This document shows positions 19,810-30,060 of a stretch of DNA of 64,000 nucleotides, one piece after another. The translations under genes were made by a program, and so were the position numbers. This DNA comes from a bacterium (GTDB taxonomy: Bacteria; Patescibacteriota; Minisyncoccia; Phycocordibacterales; Phycocordibacteraceae). The number at the start of each line of letters is the position of its first letter. The first letter of the stretch is position 1. Under the pieces are notes generated by a model that was not told the origin of the DNA, did no database searches, and saw only the letters and a program-made list of their open reading frames with translations. Location of the stretch: assembly GCA_021849125.1 (NCBI GenBank), contig JAJZTG010000003.1, positions 2,133-66,132 of the forward strand, in the 5' to 3' direction.

Positions 19810-21704
19810 GTACGAATTCTAGTGTCGGATATAACGAAGAGTACGCACGGTCGGTGGCCGAAACGGAGAAGTACTGGCAAGAGGCAGGGAAAAGGATTGA
19901 TTGGATTCGCCCGTACTCAAAAGCGGACGGATCTTCTTATGCGGGGAACGTGCAGATCAAGTGGTATGAAGATGGGACTCTTAATGTCGCTAACAACTGT
20001 GTAGATCGGCATGCGCGCGTACGACCCGATGCCCCAGCAATCATCTGGGTCGCGGATTCTGAAGGAGAGTCCCTTGTTATTTCCTACGAAGATCTGAGGA
20101 AGAATGTAAACAGGTTTGCCAACGTCCTGCGGATGCAGGGTGTAAAAAAAGGAGATCGCGTAACGTTATACATGCCTATGATCCCTAAGGCAGCGTATGC
20201 CATGCTTGCCTGCGCACGCATAGGGGCGGTCCATTCAGTCGTATTCGCCGGGTTTTCTGCCGAGAGTCTTGCTAATCGTATTGTTGACGCCGAGTCCCAT
20301 TTCATCATTACCGCTGATGAGGGTCGCCGCGGAGGGAAACGCATCCCGCTCAAGGAAACAGTCGATGAAGCGCTCAGGATTGCACGAATGGACGCGAAGG
20401 TGTTGGTCGTGAAGCACACGGGCGGGGATGTCAGTTTTTCGGAAAGACGCGATGTGTGGCTACATGATGTATGGGGGACTGTAGGTACAGAATGCGAGTC
20501 TGAGGAAATGTCCGCCGAGGACCCGTTTTTCATATTGTATACGTCCGGCTCTACCGGGAAACCGAAAGGGTTGGTTCACACAACCGGAGGATACCTCGTA
20601 TATGCGTCTATGACGCACGAGCGTATCTTCGCCTATCAGCCCGGGGAAGTGTATTGGTGTACGGCGGATATCGGTTGGATTACCGGACATAGCTATTTAG
20701 TGTATGGTCCGCTCGCAAACGGGGCGACGACGCTTATGTTCGAAGGTGTACCGAATCAGCCGACGCCGAAACGTATATGGGACATCGTTGATGAATGGAA
20801 CGTTTCCGTGCTCTATACCGCACCGACGCTTATCCGTTCTCTCATGGCGGCTGGAGATCGTTGGCTCGAAGGAACGAGTCGAAAATCTCTCCGTATGCTC
20901 GGCACGGTCGGCGAGCCAATAAATCCTGAGGCGTGGCGCTGGTACTACGAGAAAGTCGGCGACTCGCGTTGCCCGATTGCTGATACCTGGTGGCAGACGG
21001 AAACAGGAGGTGTACTCATAACCCCATTACCTGATACTGCGCCGCTGAAGCCAGGTGCCGCGATGAAGCCGTTTTTCGGGATAATCCCGGATATCGTTGA
21101 TGAGAACGGAGAGAGTGTACCACAGGGAACCCAGGGGAGGCTTTTGATACGAAGAAGCTGGCCGGGACAAGCACGTACGATACATGGTGACCATGCTCGC
21201 TTTATGGAGACATACTTTTCTGCTGTCCCCGGTGCGTATCTGACGGGAGACGGTGCGCATCGCGATGTCGACGGAGATTACTGGATAATCGGAAGAGTAG
21301 ATGATGTCGTGAACGTCTCGGGACATCGTTTCGGCACGGCCGAAATCGAGTCAGCGCTAGTAGCGCACCCTGCCGTCGCTGAGGCCGCTGTGATTGGCGT
21401 CCCGCATCCTATAAAGGGTCAGAGCTTGTTCTGCTTCGTCATTCTCCGTGATGGATACCAAGACGACGAGGGGCTTATTGCTCAATTGAAACAGCAAGTA
21501 CGAGCCGATATAGGCGCTATCGCGGTTCCAGATGATGTCGTTTGTGTCCCGGGCCTTCCCAAGACGCGTTCCGGGAAGATTATGCGCCGCATATTACGGA
21601 AATTGGTCGCAAGAGAAGATGATTTGGGCGATGTCTCGACGCTTGTCGATCCTCGTATCATCGAGGAGATCAAAACAGCATTGTCACTTAATCGGCAAGT
21701 TTAG
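19806..21704 (+). CDS. acs: AMP-forming acetyl-CoA synthetase
   Basis: [61 protein letters not shown]. Confidence 0.93.
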   Translation: MSTNSSVGYNEEYARSVAETEKYWQEAGKRIDWIRPYSKADGSSYAGNVQIKWYEDGTLNVANNCVDRHARVRPDAPAIIWVADSEGESLVISYEDLRKNVNRFANVLRMQGVKKGDRVTLYMPMIPKAAYAMLACARIGAVHSVVFAGFSAESLANRIVDAESHFIITADEGRRGGKRIPLKETVDEALRIARMDAKVLVVKHTGGDVSFSERRDVWLHDVWGTVGTECESEEMSAEDPFFILYTSGSTGKPKGLVHTTGGYLVYASMTHERIFAYQPGEVYWCTADIGWITGHSYLVYGPLANGATTLMFEGVPNQPTPKRIWDIVDEWNVSVLYTAPTLIRSLMAAGDRWLEGTSRKSLRMLGTVGEPINPEAWRWYYEKVGDSRCPIADTWWQTETGGVLITPLPDTAPLKPGAAMKPFFGIIPDIVDENGESVPQGTQGRLLIRRSWPGQARTIHGDHARFMETYFSAVPGAYLTGDGAHRDVDGDYWIIGRVDDVVNVSGHRFGTAEIESALVAHPAVAEAAVIGVPHPIKGQSLFCFVILRDGYQDDEGLIAQLKQQVRADIGAIAVPDDVVCVPGLPKTRSGKIMRRILRKLVAREDDLGDVSTLVDPRIIEEIKTALSLNRQV

Positions 21705-22941
21705 CAAACTGCCAGAGGGAGAGTAGAGCGCTAGTCGCCCGGAACAATCCTTGGGCTGCAATCGCGCCGGCCACTCCGTAGAAATATACGAGCGGGCCTA
21801 CCGAAACGATGAGTACGAGTGAGCCGATGTTCGTGATCAGGTACAGGGCGCGTGTTTTCTGATGTGCCTGGAGCACACTGGTGAGAATCGCGGTGATTCC
21901 GGTGAGGATTATGATAGGCGCGTACCACTGGGAGTAGGAGACGGCGCTCGTGTATACAGGGAAAAGCACCTTAAAGAGGTAGGGTGCAGCGAATATGTAG
22001 AGAACGCTCACGATGGTTATGCCGAGCGTGAGAATAGATAGTCGTCGCCAGAGCGAAGCACGTATTTCTCCGATAGGTCGAGCAGCGAATTTAGGCAACG
22101 AAAGCGATGCGGCATTCTTCGCGAGTGTCTTGATCTGCTCGGGTATGGCGATGGCGTACGCGTAGACCGCGAGCGAAGCCGGGCCAAGAAGCGTAAACAC
22201 GACGATGCTGTCTATACGATCAGCGAGCGTCGCGACGAACGTCATGATACTCAGGTGGGTACCGTAGGTGAACGTCTTCGGGTCGGTCGCGTCGTTGCGT
22301 ACTTGTTTCTTAGCGAGCAAATAGAACGCGATGCTTACCAACGCAGCCGTAAGAAAGTATGTAAGAACGAAGAGAATGGCGCGGTTCGTAAAGAACAGCA
22401 CAATGATGAGTGCTGCGGCGGACAGGAATGAACCGATGATGTTATAGATGCTGCTTCGTGCGAACTGTTTCTTGCCCAATAGAAAAGCATTGAAAAGTGA
22501 GAAGCTGTTCGTGAAAGGTAAGAAAAAAGCAACAAGGAGGAGAGCTATACCAAGAAAAGCGTTCTTGGCGACGAATAGATAGTACAGAGCGGTAGCTAGA
22601 GACAAGAGAATGACACCTCCGCTCCAACGGAGACTCAGTCGGAGGCCTTGCTTAAGAGACCCTTCATAGTCACGCGCAACTGCCCGAGTAATAGCAGTGC
22701 TGAGGCCAGTCAAGGAGAAGGCACCAAATATGGCGGCCAAAGATAAAACGTATTTATAGTTTCCGTACGCGTCTTGGCTTGCTAGGTGGCCGAACGCCAC
22801 AGCAAGGAGAAGTGCGAAAAATGATCCAGAAACCTGTTCGAGCACGAGCCAAAAGCCGCCACGGGATAGGTAGACCATGTCGGTCTTTGTATATTTTTCG
22901 CTCCAGCGGAGGAAGCGATAGAAACGGCTCTGGGAGTCCAT
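21688..22941 (-). CDS. Oligosaccharide flippase (Wzx-like, MOP family)
   Basis: Many TM helices, [26 protein letters not shown]; located at the end of the glycan locus. Confidence 0.82.
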   Translation of the reverse strand: MDSQSRFYRFLRWSEKYTKTDMVYLSRGGFWLVLEQVSGSFFALLLAVAFGHLASQDAYGNYKYVLSLAAIFGAFSLTGLSTAITRAVARDYEGSLKQGLRLSLRWSGGVILLSLATALYYLFVAKNAFLGIALLLVAFFLPFTNSFSLFNAFLLGKKQFARSSIYNIIGSFLSAAALIIVLFFTNRAILFVLTYFLTAALVSIAFYLLAKKQVRNDATDPKTFTYGTHLSIMTFVATLADRIDSIVVFTLLGPASLAVYAYAIAIPEQIKTLAKNAASLSLPKFAARPIGEIRASLWRRLSILTLGITIVSVLYIFAAPYLFKVLFPVYTSAVSYSQWYAPIIILTGITAILTSVLQAHQKTRALYLITNIGSLVLIVSVGPLVYFYGVAGAIAAQGLFRATSALLSLWQFAKLAD

Positions 22942-23056
22942 GACTGTATATGAAGTATAACCGCCCAAGTTATCCCAGGGTAGCGTGGTTGTCCTTCTTG
23001 CCGGGAGAGGTATACTTACAGGCGTTATTCCTAAGTAACCAATATAAGGATTTCCT

Positions 23057-23878
23057 ATGAAGGATTACATGAAAGTGATAGGTGGGGCAGCAGTTGCCGC
23101 AGCGCTCGCTGGCGCGCCGCTCGTTGCGCTCGCTGAGGACAATGGCGGAGATAGCGCGCAAGTAGAGGTGCAGACGACGGGTGCGACGGCTCCGACGGAG
23201 GTTCAGAAGATGAACCGCGAGCATGCGCGCGAAGTCGCTCAGCAGATACGTGAGCAGGCAAAGAGCCGCGCTGAAGACATGCGCGCTTCTTCGACCGATG
23301 GGACTGACGAAGCATCCATGAACGAAGATATGGAGCAGGAGGATATGCCTGATTTCCGCGAGAATGAGAATGTCTCTGCGGCTCGGTCATTTGAAGATCT
23401 CAAGAACAAGATCGAGATGCGCAAGCACGAGCTCGAGCAGGAGCTTGCAAGCAGCACCGAGAAGGAACACGGGGTAGTGGCGAATGCCAACCCGGTCCGC
23501 CTCGCGGTCCATACCCTCCTCGCCTCAAAGGACCTCCTGGGCGGCATCGGTAGCCAGGTCTCTGAGATCGCCAAGCACATGAACGACTCGGTGGCCTCGA
23601 CGACGGCGGCAGAGGAACAGATCCAGTCGCGCGGGTTCTTGAAGCGCCTTTTCTTCGGAGGCGACAAGGCCGCAGCGAACGCGATCGATAATGCCGTAGA
23701 GCAGAACCAGCAGCACATCGATGAGCTCACGAATGCTCTCAATCAGGCGAACGTCTCAGCGGAACTGAAGGCGACGCTCGAGGCACAGATTGCAGCGCTC
23801 AAGGATGCTCAGGAACATCTTCAGGAAGTTGCACAGAAGGAGCAGCGCACCTGGGGTATCTTCAGCTGGCGTTTCTAG
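23057..23878 (+). CDS. Secreted coiled-coil hypothetical protein
   Basis: Signal peptide (APLVALA), helical Glu/Gln/Ala-rich body, ends GIFSWRF. Confidence 0.75.
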   Translation: MKDYMKVIGGAAVAAALAGAPLVALAEDNGGDSAQVEVQTTGATAPTEVQKMNREHAREVAQQIREQAKSRAEDMRASSTDGTDEASMNEDMEQEDMPDFRENENVSAARSFEDLKNKIEMRKHELEQELASSTEKEHGVVANANPVRLAVHTLLASKDLLGGIGSQVSEIAKHMNDSVASTTAAEEQIQSRGFLKRLFFGGDKAAANAIDNAVEQNQQHIDELTNALNQANVSAELKATLEAQIAALKDAQEHLQEVAQKEQRTWGIFSWRF

Positions 23879-23899
23879 CCGGAGCTTCTCTTACGAGAT

Positions 23900-23937
23900 A
23901 AAGAGCCGCCCCGCGCTTCGCGCGGGGCGGCTCTTTT
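23900..23937 (+). terminator. Intrinsic terminator
   Basis: AAAGAGCCGCCCCGCGC-TTC-GCGCGGGGCGGCTCTTTT. Confidence 0.8.
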
Positions 23938-23961
23938 CGAGTGTGGTATAGTCTCTGCATC

Positions 23962-26133
23962 ATGCAGGAGACCGGTACGGCCAAAGGGATCGCGCGATGG
24001 ATCGCGCTTGCGGCACTCTTCCTTATCCCGTTTGCGCCGCTCGTCGTCGCGGACACGTTCTTCTTCCCGTTCATTACCGGCAAGGCTTTTTATATCCGCG
24101 TGCTTATCGAGATCGCGGTCTCGGCTTGGGCTGTCCTTGCGTTCCTTGATAAAGAATACCGGCCGCGTTTCTCGTGGGCGGGCGTCGCGGTCGTCGCATT
24201 CGTCGCCTGGATGGGGTTCGCTGACCTCTTCGCCCTGAACGTCGCAAAGGCTTTCTGGAGCAATTTCGAGCGCATGGAGGGGTGGGTGTTCCTCGTGCAC
24301 CTGCTCGGCTTCTTCTTCGCGGCAAGCGCGGTACTGCGAGCTGAGAAGAAGTGGCGCGCGTGGTTCCTCACGTCGCTTGGCGTCTCGCTCGTTGTCGTAG
24401 GCTACGCGCTCCTTCAGCTTGATGGAGCACTCGCGATCCATCAGGGCTCGACACGTATCGACGCGACCTTGGGCAACTCCGCCTACCTTGCGATCTACTT
24501 CCTCTTCAACGTGTTTATCGCGCTCTGGCTCGCGCTTACCGAGCGCCGCGCCTGGCTCAAATGGGCGCTTCTCGCGCTCGCGCTTCTCGAGGGCGTGCTC
24601 ATCTTCTTTACCGAGACGCGCGGTACCGTGCTCGGTCTGGTCGGCGCGCTCGCGCTTGCGGCCGCGCTCACCGCATTTACGGCAGGGAAGCGCGCTCGCC
24701 AATGGGCCGCGCTTGCCCTTACCGCGATCATCATTCTCGCCGGTGGTTTCTATCTCGCGCGCCAATCGTCATTCGTGCAGGACAATCATGTGCTGCAGCG
24801 TATCGCTTCCATCTCGCTCGCTGATGGGCAGGTGCGCTTCACGATCTGGCATATGGCCTACGAAGGGATGCTGGAGCGTCCGATCCTCGGCTGGGGGCAG
24901 GAGGGTTTCAATTACGTCTTCAACAAGTATTATGACCCGTCCCTCTACAATCAGGAACCATGGTTCGACCGCGCCCATAACGCTTTCATCGATTGGCTCA
25001 TGGCGGGCGGCATCCCGGCGCTCATGCTCTACCTCTCGCTTTTCGGTGCTGCGGTAGCGCTGCTCTGGAGGAGCTCGGAGCTTTCGCGTCCGGAGCGCAT
25101 CGCGCTCACGGCCGCGCTTGCGGGCTATGCGGTGCATAATTTCTTCATCTTCGACAATCTCTACTCCTACATCTATTTCTTCGCGATCCTCGCGCTCATC
25201 GATTCGCAGGTCGCACGTCCTATAGCGCGTCTTGAGCAGCTTCCTCAGCTTGGAGCGGAAGAGGGTATGACCTATGCGCTCCCGATGGCTGCCGCACTCG
25301 CGTTCGTGCTCGTCTGGGTGGTCAATGTGCCAGGCATGCAGGCTGCAACGAAGCTTATCGTGGCGCTTTCGCCTGCAACCGGCACGACAGGGAACATTGC
25401 CGCGTTCGAAGACCTTGCTGCGCACCCGTCGTTTGCCGCGCAAGAGATCCGCGAGCAGATCGTCTCGTTCGCCATAGCGACGGTCCAGGGCTCGTCTGCG
25501 ACGAATGAGGAGAAGCAGCGGGCAGCAGCACTCGCCGTGCAGGAGATGCAGAAACAGGTTGCCGCGTATCCGCTTGATGCACGCGGCCGTCTTGAGCTTG
25601 CGCTTGCGTATCGCATCGCAGGGGATACGGAGCATTCTCTCAAGGAGTTCGAAGCTGCGGCGGAACTCTCGCCGAATAAGGAACAGATATGGGTTCAGAT
25701 GGGTCTTCTTGCTTGGAATACCGGGAACATCGAACGGACGCAATCAGCATTCAACGCCGCCTATACGCTCGGACCGCAATTTGAAAACCTCGCGGCCTAT
25801 GCCGCCGCGGGCGATATAGTCGCCGGTGATATTAAGGACGCGGATAAGATCCTTACCGATGTATACGGCACGACGCTCGTCGATAACGATATCCTCGCTT
25901 CAGCGTACTATCGTACGAAGAATTGGCCGCGGCTTATCGCGACCTGGAAGCTGCGCGCCGATAAGCCCGATGCGACGCCGAATGATTGGTTCGGCCTTGC
26001 TGCGGCGTATTACGCATCAGGCGACATGACGATGACCGTCCGTACGCTCCGTGAGACGTCCGCACGCTTCCCTGAAGCGGCAAGCGCGAGCGAAGAAGCC
26101 ATCTCACAGATACGCGCCGCGACGGGCCGATGA
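23962..26133 (+). CDS. O-antigen ligase (Wzy_C) family membrane protein with C-terminal TPR-like repeats
   Basis: TLGNSAYLAIY, TETRG, RPILGWGQEGF, FDRAHNAFID; helical repeat tail. Confidence 0.82.
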   Translation: MQETGTAKGIARWIALAALFLIPFAPLVVADTFFFPFITGKAFYIRVLIEIAVSAWAVLAFLDKEYRPRFSWAGVAVVAFVAWMGFADLFALNVAKAFWSNFERMEGWVFLVHLLGFFFAASAVLRAEKKWRAWFLTSLGVSLVVVGYALLQLDGALAIHQGSTRIDATLGNSAYLAIYFLFNVFIALWLALTERRAWLKWALLALALLEGVLIFFTETRGTVLGLVGALALAAALTAFTAGKRARQWAALALTAIIILAGGFYLARQSSFVQDNHVLQRIASISLADGQVRFTIWHMAYEGMLERPILGWGQEGFNYVFNKYYDPSLYNQEPWFDRAHNAFIDWLMAGGIPALMLYLSLFGAAVALLWRSSELSRPERIALTAALAGYAVHNFFIFDNLYSYIYFFAILALIDSQVARPIARLEQLPQLGAEEGMTYALPMAAALAFVLVWVVNVPGMQAATKLIVALSPATGTTGNIAAFEDLAAHPSFAAQEIREQIVSFAIATVQGSSATNEEKQRAAALAVQEMQKQVAAYPLDARGRLELALAYRIAGDTEHSLKEFEAAAELSPNKEQIWVQMGLLAWNTGNIERTQSAFNAAYTLGPQFENLAAYAAAGDIVAGDIKDADKILTDVYGTTLVDNDILASAYYRTKNWPRLIATWKLRADKPDATPNDWFGLAAAYYASGDMTMTVRTLRETSARFPEAASASEEAISQIRAATGR

Positions 26134-27155
26134 CAGTAGCGGAGAACGTCATACTTGCACCCTATACGACCTTCGGGATCGGCGGTCCTGCCGCAGCGTA
26201 TCTCGAGGTACGTACTGACGATGAGATAAAGGCCGCGCTCGCGTATGCTCGCGAGCGCGGCCTTTGCGTACGCGTGCTCGGTGCGGGGAGCAACCTGCTC
26301 GTTCCTGATGAGGGCATCAAGGCGGTCGTGCTCCGTATCGTGCCAGATGAAGTCTCGTTTGAAGAGAAGGACAGCGAGACGCTTCTCATCACGAGCGCAG
26401 GACTCCCTTGGGAACGGGCTGTAGATGCTGCTGCCTCCGAGGGGCTCTACGGCATCGAACTCCTTGCAGGTATCCCGGGGACGATAGGCGGCGGAGCCGT
26501 GCAGAACATCGGCGCGTACGGTGCCGAGCTTTCAGCCGTGTTTGCCTATGCGGACACGATCGACCTGAGAAGCGGGGAGCGTCGCCGAGTGTCGCGTGAG
26601 GAGGCTGCGTACGGATACCGCACGTCATATTTCAAGAATCACCGGGAACTCATCATCACGCGCGTCGCGCTCGGGCTCTCGCGTACGCCGCGCAGCGCTC
26701 CTGACTATCCGGATATAGCGCGCGCACGTGAGACGGGCGTCCCGCTCGGCACGCCGCGCGAGATAGCAAGCGCCGTGCGACAGATCCGCAGAGCGAAGTT
26801 CCCGCGTCTTGAAGAAGAGGGCACGGCAGGCTCGTTCTTCAAGAATCTTGTCGTACGAGAGACGCAAGCTGCAGCGCTTAAGGAGCGTTTCCCTGAGCTC
26901 CCGGTCTTTCCGCAAGAGGATGGGATGGCGAAAGTGTCGCTTGCATGGATTCTCGATCATGCGCTCGGTCTCAAAGGGTACGCGATAGGAGCGGCACGTC
27001 TCTTTGAGAAGCAGCCGCTCGTGCTCGTCGCGCGACGTGGCGCATCATCTGCTGATGTCGATCTCCTTGCGCGCGACGTGCAAGCGCGCGTGCATGCCGC
27101 GACCGGCATCATGATCGAACGTGAAGTCGAGACGTTTGCATGCGATGCGTCATAA
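26130..27155 (+). CDS. murB: UDP-N-acetylmuramate dehydrogenase
   Basis: YTTFGIGGPA, LGAGSNLL, GIPGTIGG..QNIGAYG, YGYRTS, GSFFKN. Confidence 0.93.
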   Translation: MTVAENVILAPYTTFGIGGPAAAYLEVRTDDEIKAALAYARERGLCVRVLGAGSNLLVPDEGIKAVVLRIVPDEVSFEEKDSETLLITSAGLPWERAVDAAASEGLYGIELLAGIPGTIGGGAVQNIGAYGAELSAVFAYADTIDLRSGERRRVSREEAAYGYRTSYFKNHRELIITRVALGLSRTPRSAPDYPDIARARETGVPLGTPREIASAVRQIRRAKFPRLEEEGTAGSFFKNLVVRETQAAALKERFPELPVFPQEDGMAKVSLAWILDHALGLKGYAIGAARLFEKQPLVLVARRGASSADVDLLARDVQARVHAATGIMIEREVETFACDAS

Positions 27156-27182
27156 AAATTTTTCTGAAAATTTTTTCGTGAG

Positions 27183-27191
27183 TTATCCACA
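27183..27191 (+). promoter_or_regulatory. DnaA-box consensus in AT-rich intergenic region
   Basis: TTATCCACA exact match. Confidence 0.5.
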
Positions 27192-27320
27192 CATATTTAT
27201 TTTTTGATACATAAAAAGTTTTTTTACGCGCAATAATATTGTGTAGAACATTTGTGTATGAAAATATTTCACGCGCAGATGGGTCGACATATAAACCAAC
27301 ACTTCTAATTCACCACCACC

Positions 27321-27464
27321 ATGGCAACGAAGAAGCGCAAGGCAGTCAAGAAGACCGCAAAGAAGGCAGTCAAGAAGGCAGCCAAGAAGGCCGTCAAGAA
27401 GACCGCAAAGAAGGCAGTCAAGAAGGTTGCGAAGAAGCGCAAGGCAGCAAAGAAGCGCGCATAA
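27321..27464 (+). CDS. 47-aa histone H1-like Lys/Ala-rich DNA-binding protein (not in ORF track)
   Basis: MATKKRKAVKKTAKKAVKKAAKKAVKKTAKKAVKKVAKKRKAAKKRA*; own upstream region and terminator. Confidence 0.8.
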   Translation: MATKKRKAVKKTAKKAVKKAAKKAVKKTAKKAVKKVAKKRKAAKKRA

Positions 27465-27469
27465 GCTTC

Positions 27470-27506
27470 AAAAGAAAAATCCCGCTTCGGCGGGATTTTT
27501 CTTTTT
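27470..27506 (+). terminator. Intrinsic terminator with UUCG loop
   Basis: AAAAGAAAAATCCCGC-TTCG-GCGGGATTTTTCTTTTT. Confidence 0.85.
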
Positions 27507-27542
27507 AGGCGGAGAAAGCTTTCCGTGGTATAGTGCAAGTCC

Positions 27543-30059
27543 ATGTTCAGTCTCTCTGCTCTCTTTTCTAAGAATCAATCCGCGGCCTTCCTGAAGGCCG
27601 CGGCGCCTACGGTGGCGAAGGCGAACGCCTTTTCCGAAGAGCTCAAAGAGCTCTCGGATGCGGAAGTCCGCGCGCGTTTTTCCGAAGTCCGTTCCCGCGC
27701 TCTTGCGGCAGGCGGCGCGTCGAAGGATGACTTGCCGCTTGTCTTCGCGCTTACGCGCGAAGCGTCGCGCCGCACGCTCCGCCAACCGCATTTCGACGTG
27801 CAGTTCCTGGGCGGTCTCGCGCTCCTTGAGGGAAAGATCGCCGAGATGCGTACCGGCGAAGGCAAGACGCTTGTCGCGACATTACCTGCCACTTTCCATG
27901 CTCTGGCAGGGAAGGGCGTGCACGTCGTCACGGTAAACGACTATCTCGCTCGTCGCGACAGCGCGTGGATGGGGCAGGTCTACGATTTCCTCGGGCTTAC
28001 GGTGGGCGTGGTCACGAGCTCGGGAAATTTCCTGTACGACGCCTCGCATGTCGCCAAAGAAGAGGACGCCGAGCGTGACGCAGAAGGCTCCTTCAAGGTC
28101 TTCTATGATTTCCTGCGCCCGGCGGGGAAGAAGGAGGCGTATGCTGCCGATATCACCTACGTCACGAACAACGAGCTCGGTTTCGACTACCTGCGTGACA
28201 ATACCGCCTACGACCTTTCTCAGATCGTCCAGCGTGGACACCATTTCGCAATCATCGATGAAGTCGACTCTATCCTGATCGACGAAGCGCGTACCCCGCT
28301 TATCATCAGCGGCCCTTCGGGCGACTCGGAGAAGCTCTACGAGCGCTTCGCCGATATCGTCCGCTCCCTGAAGGAAGGAGATCACTATACGGTCGACGAG
28401 AAACAGAAGGCGGTCCAGCTTACCGAAGACGGCATCCGTGCCGCTGAGAAGGCGCTCGGCCTCGAAAATCTCTACGCAGAGGGCGGCATGAAATACGCGC
28501 ATCATCTTGAGACGGCCGTGCGCGCCCAAGCGCTTTTCCATAAAGATAAGGAGTACATCGTCCGCAACGGCGAAATCATCATCGTCGACGAGTTTACCGG
28601 GCGCTTGCAGCCTGGCCGTCGTTGGTCGGAAGGACTCCATCAGGCGGTCGAAGCCAAAGAACGTGTCGAGGTAAAAGAGGAGACCCGTACCTACGCGACC
28701 GTCACGTTCCAGAACCTGTTCCGCATGTATGAGAAGCTCGCGGGCATGACCGGTACCGCGCTGTCTTCCGAGGAAGAGTTCTTCACCGTATACGGACTCG
28801 AAGTCGTCGTCGTTCCCACGAATCGTGCGGTGTCGCGCAAGGACTTCGACGATCTCATCTTCCAGACCGCTGCGGGGAAATATCGTGCCGTCGCGCGCGC
28901 GGTGAAGGAGCGCTACGAGAAAGGACAGCCGGTCCTTGTCGGTACCGTCTCGATCGAAGATAACGAGATCGTGAGCTCCTTCCTCACGCAAGCGGGAGTC
29001 CCGCACGAGGTGCTGAACGCAAAGAACCACGAGCGCGAAGGCGAGATCATCGCGGATGCCGGCGGGGCAGGGAAGGTTACGGTCGCGACGAACCTTGCCG
29101 GTCGCGGTGTCGACATCAAGCTCGGCGGCGCGCTCGCGACGGAAGAGTCGCGTGCGGACGTGCTTTCTCGCGGCGGCCTGTCGGTCATCGGTACCGAGCG
29201 GCATGATGCGCGACGCATCGACAATCAGCTGCGCGGCCGCGCAGGTCGTCAGGGCGATCCCGGCGAGACGAGATTCTACGTCTCTCTCGAAGATAAGCTC
29301 ATGCGCGTCTTCGCTGCGGATACCTTGAAGAAAGTCATGGGACGTTTCGGCATCCCTGAGGACGAGCCTATCGAGAGCGCGATGATCACACGGTCCCTGG
29401 AGACCGCGCAAAGCCGTATCGAAGGCTTCAATTTCGATGCGCGCAAGCAGGTGCTCGCGTATGACGACGTGATGAACACCCAACGTCTTGCCATATATAA
29501 GGAGCGCCGTACCGCACTCGAGGGCGACGCGGAGACGCTTGAAGCGCTCGTACGCTCCTATATCGGGGGAAACGAGGATGCAGTGATGCTTTTTGAAGCG
29601 AAAAAGAGCGTGCTCGGCGAATCGTTCGTCCCGCTCTTGCGCCACCTCCTCTTGCAGATCATCGACCTCTTCTGGCTCGAACACCTCGAGACCATGGACT
29701 ACCTGCGTCGTTCCGTCTCGCTCCGCGCATATGGCCAACGTGACCCGCTTATCGAGTACCGTCGCGAAGGCCTTTCACGTTTCCGGACGCTTGAAATGAA
29801 CATCGCTTCGGCGGTCGTCGAAGCGTTGCCGCGCCTCGCGAACATGCAGGATGCAAACATCAGGGCGGAAGAGGAGAAGACACGAGCTGCGATCATGGCA
29901 GCAGGGAAGGAGGCAGGGGCTGCTCCGGCTCGTGCGGCCAAGACGCATGGGCGTAACGACACGGTAACCATCCGTAAAGGAGAAGAGACGAAAGAGTTGA
30001 AATTCAAGAAAGCAGAACCGCTCCTTAAGGATGGGTGGGTAATCGTCGAATCGAACTGA
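27543..30059 (+). CDS. secA: Preprotein translocase ATPase SecA
   Basis: MRTGEGKT, VTVNDYLARRD, DEVDSILIDEARTPLIIS, RRIDNQLRGRAGRQGDPG. Confidence 0.97.
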   Translation: MFSLSALFSKNQSAAFLKAAAPTVAKANAFSEELKELSDAEVRARFSEVRSRALAAGGASKDDLPLVFALTREASRRTLRQPHFDVQFLGGLALLEGKIAEMRTGEGKTLVATLPATFHALAGKGVHVVTVNDYLARRDSAWMGQVYDFLGLTVGVVTSSGNFLYDASHVAKEEDAERDAEGSFKVFYDFLRPAGKKEAYAADITYVTNNELGFDYLRDNTAYDLSQIVQRGHHFAIIDEVDSILIDEARTPLIISGPSGDSEKLYERFADIVRSLKEGDHYTVDEKQKAVQLTEDGIRAAEKALGLENLYAEGGMKYAHHLETAVRAQALFHKDKEYIVRNGEIIIVDEFTGRLQPGRRWSEGLHQAVEAKERVEVKEETRTYATVTFQNLFRMYEKLAGMTGTALSSEEEFFTVYGLEVVVVPTNRAVSRKDFDDLIFQTAAGKYRAVARAVKERYEKGQPVLVGTVSIEDNEIVSSFLTQAGVPHEVLNAKNHEREGEIIADAGGAGKVTVATNLAGRGVDIKLGGALATEESRADVLSRGGLSVIGTERHDARRIDNQLRGRAGRQGDPGETRFYVSLEDKLMRVFAADTLKKVMGRFGIPEDEPIESAMITRSLETAQSRIEGFNFDARKQVLAYDDVMNTQRLAIYKERRTALEGDAETLEALVRSYIGGNEDAVMLFEAKKSVLGESFVPLLRHLLLQIIDLFWLEHLETMDYLRRSVSLRAYGQRDPLIEYRREGLSRFRTLEMNIASAVVEALPRLANMQDANIRAEEEKTRAAIMAAGKEAGAAPARAAKTHGRNDTVTIRKGEETKELKFKKAEPLLKDGWVIVESN

Positions 30060-30060
30060 T

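Noticed and set aside
27239-27544. ORFs 27239-27508 (+) and 27305-27544 (-) from the track
   Set aside because: Alternative frames of the Lys/Ala repeat gene at 27321-27464; both run through its terminator.
27882-29738. Long antisense ORFs (618 aa opposite secA; also 1109-2305, 49356-50366, 51767-53020 and others)
   Set aside because: They are shadows of well-recognised genes in GC-rich DNA and carry no recognisable motifs.
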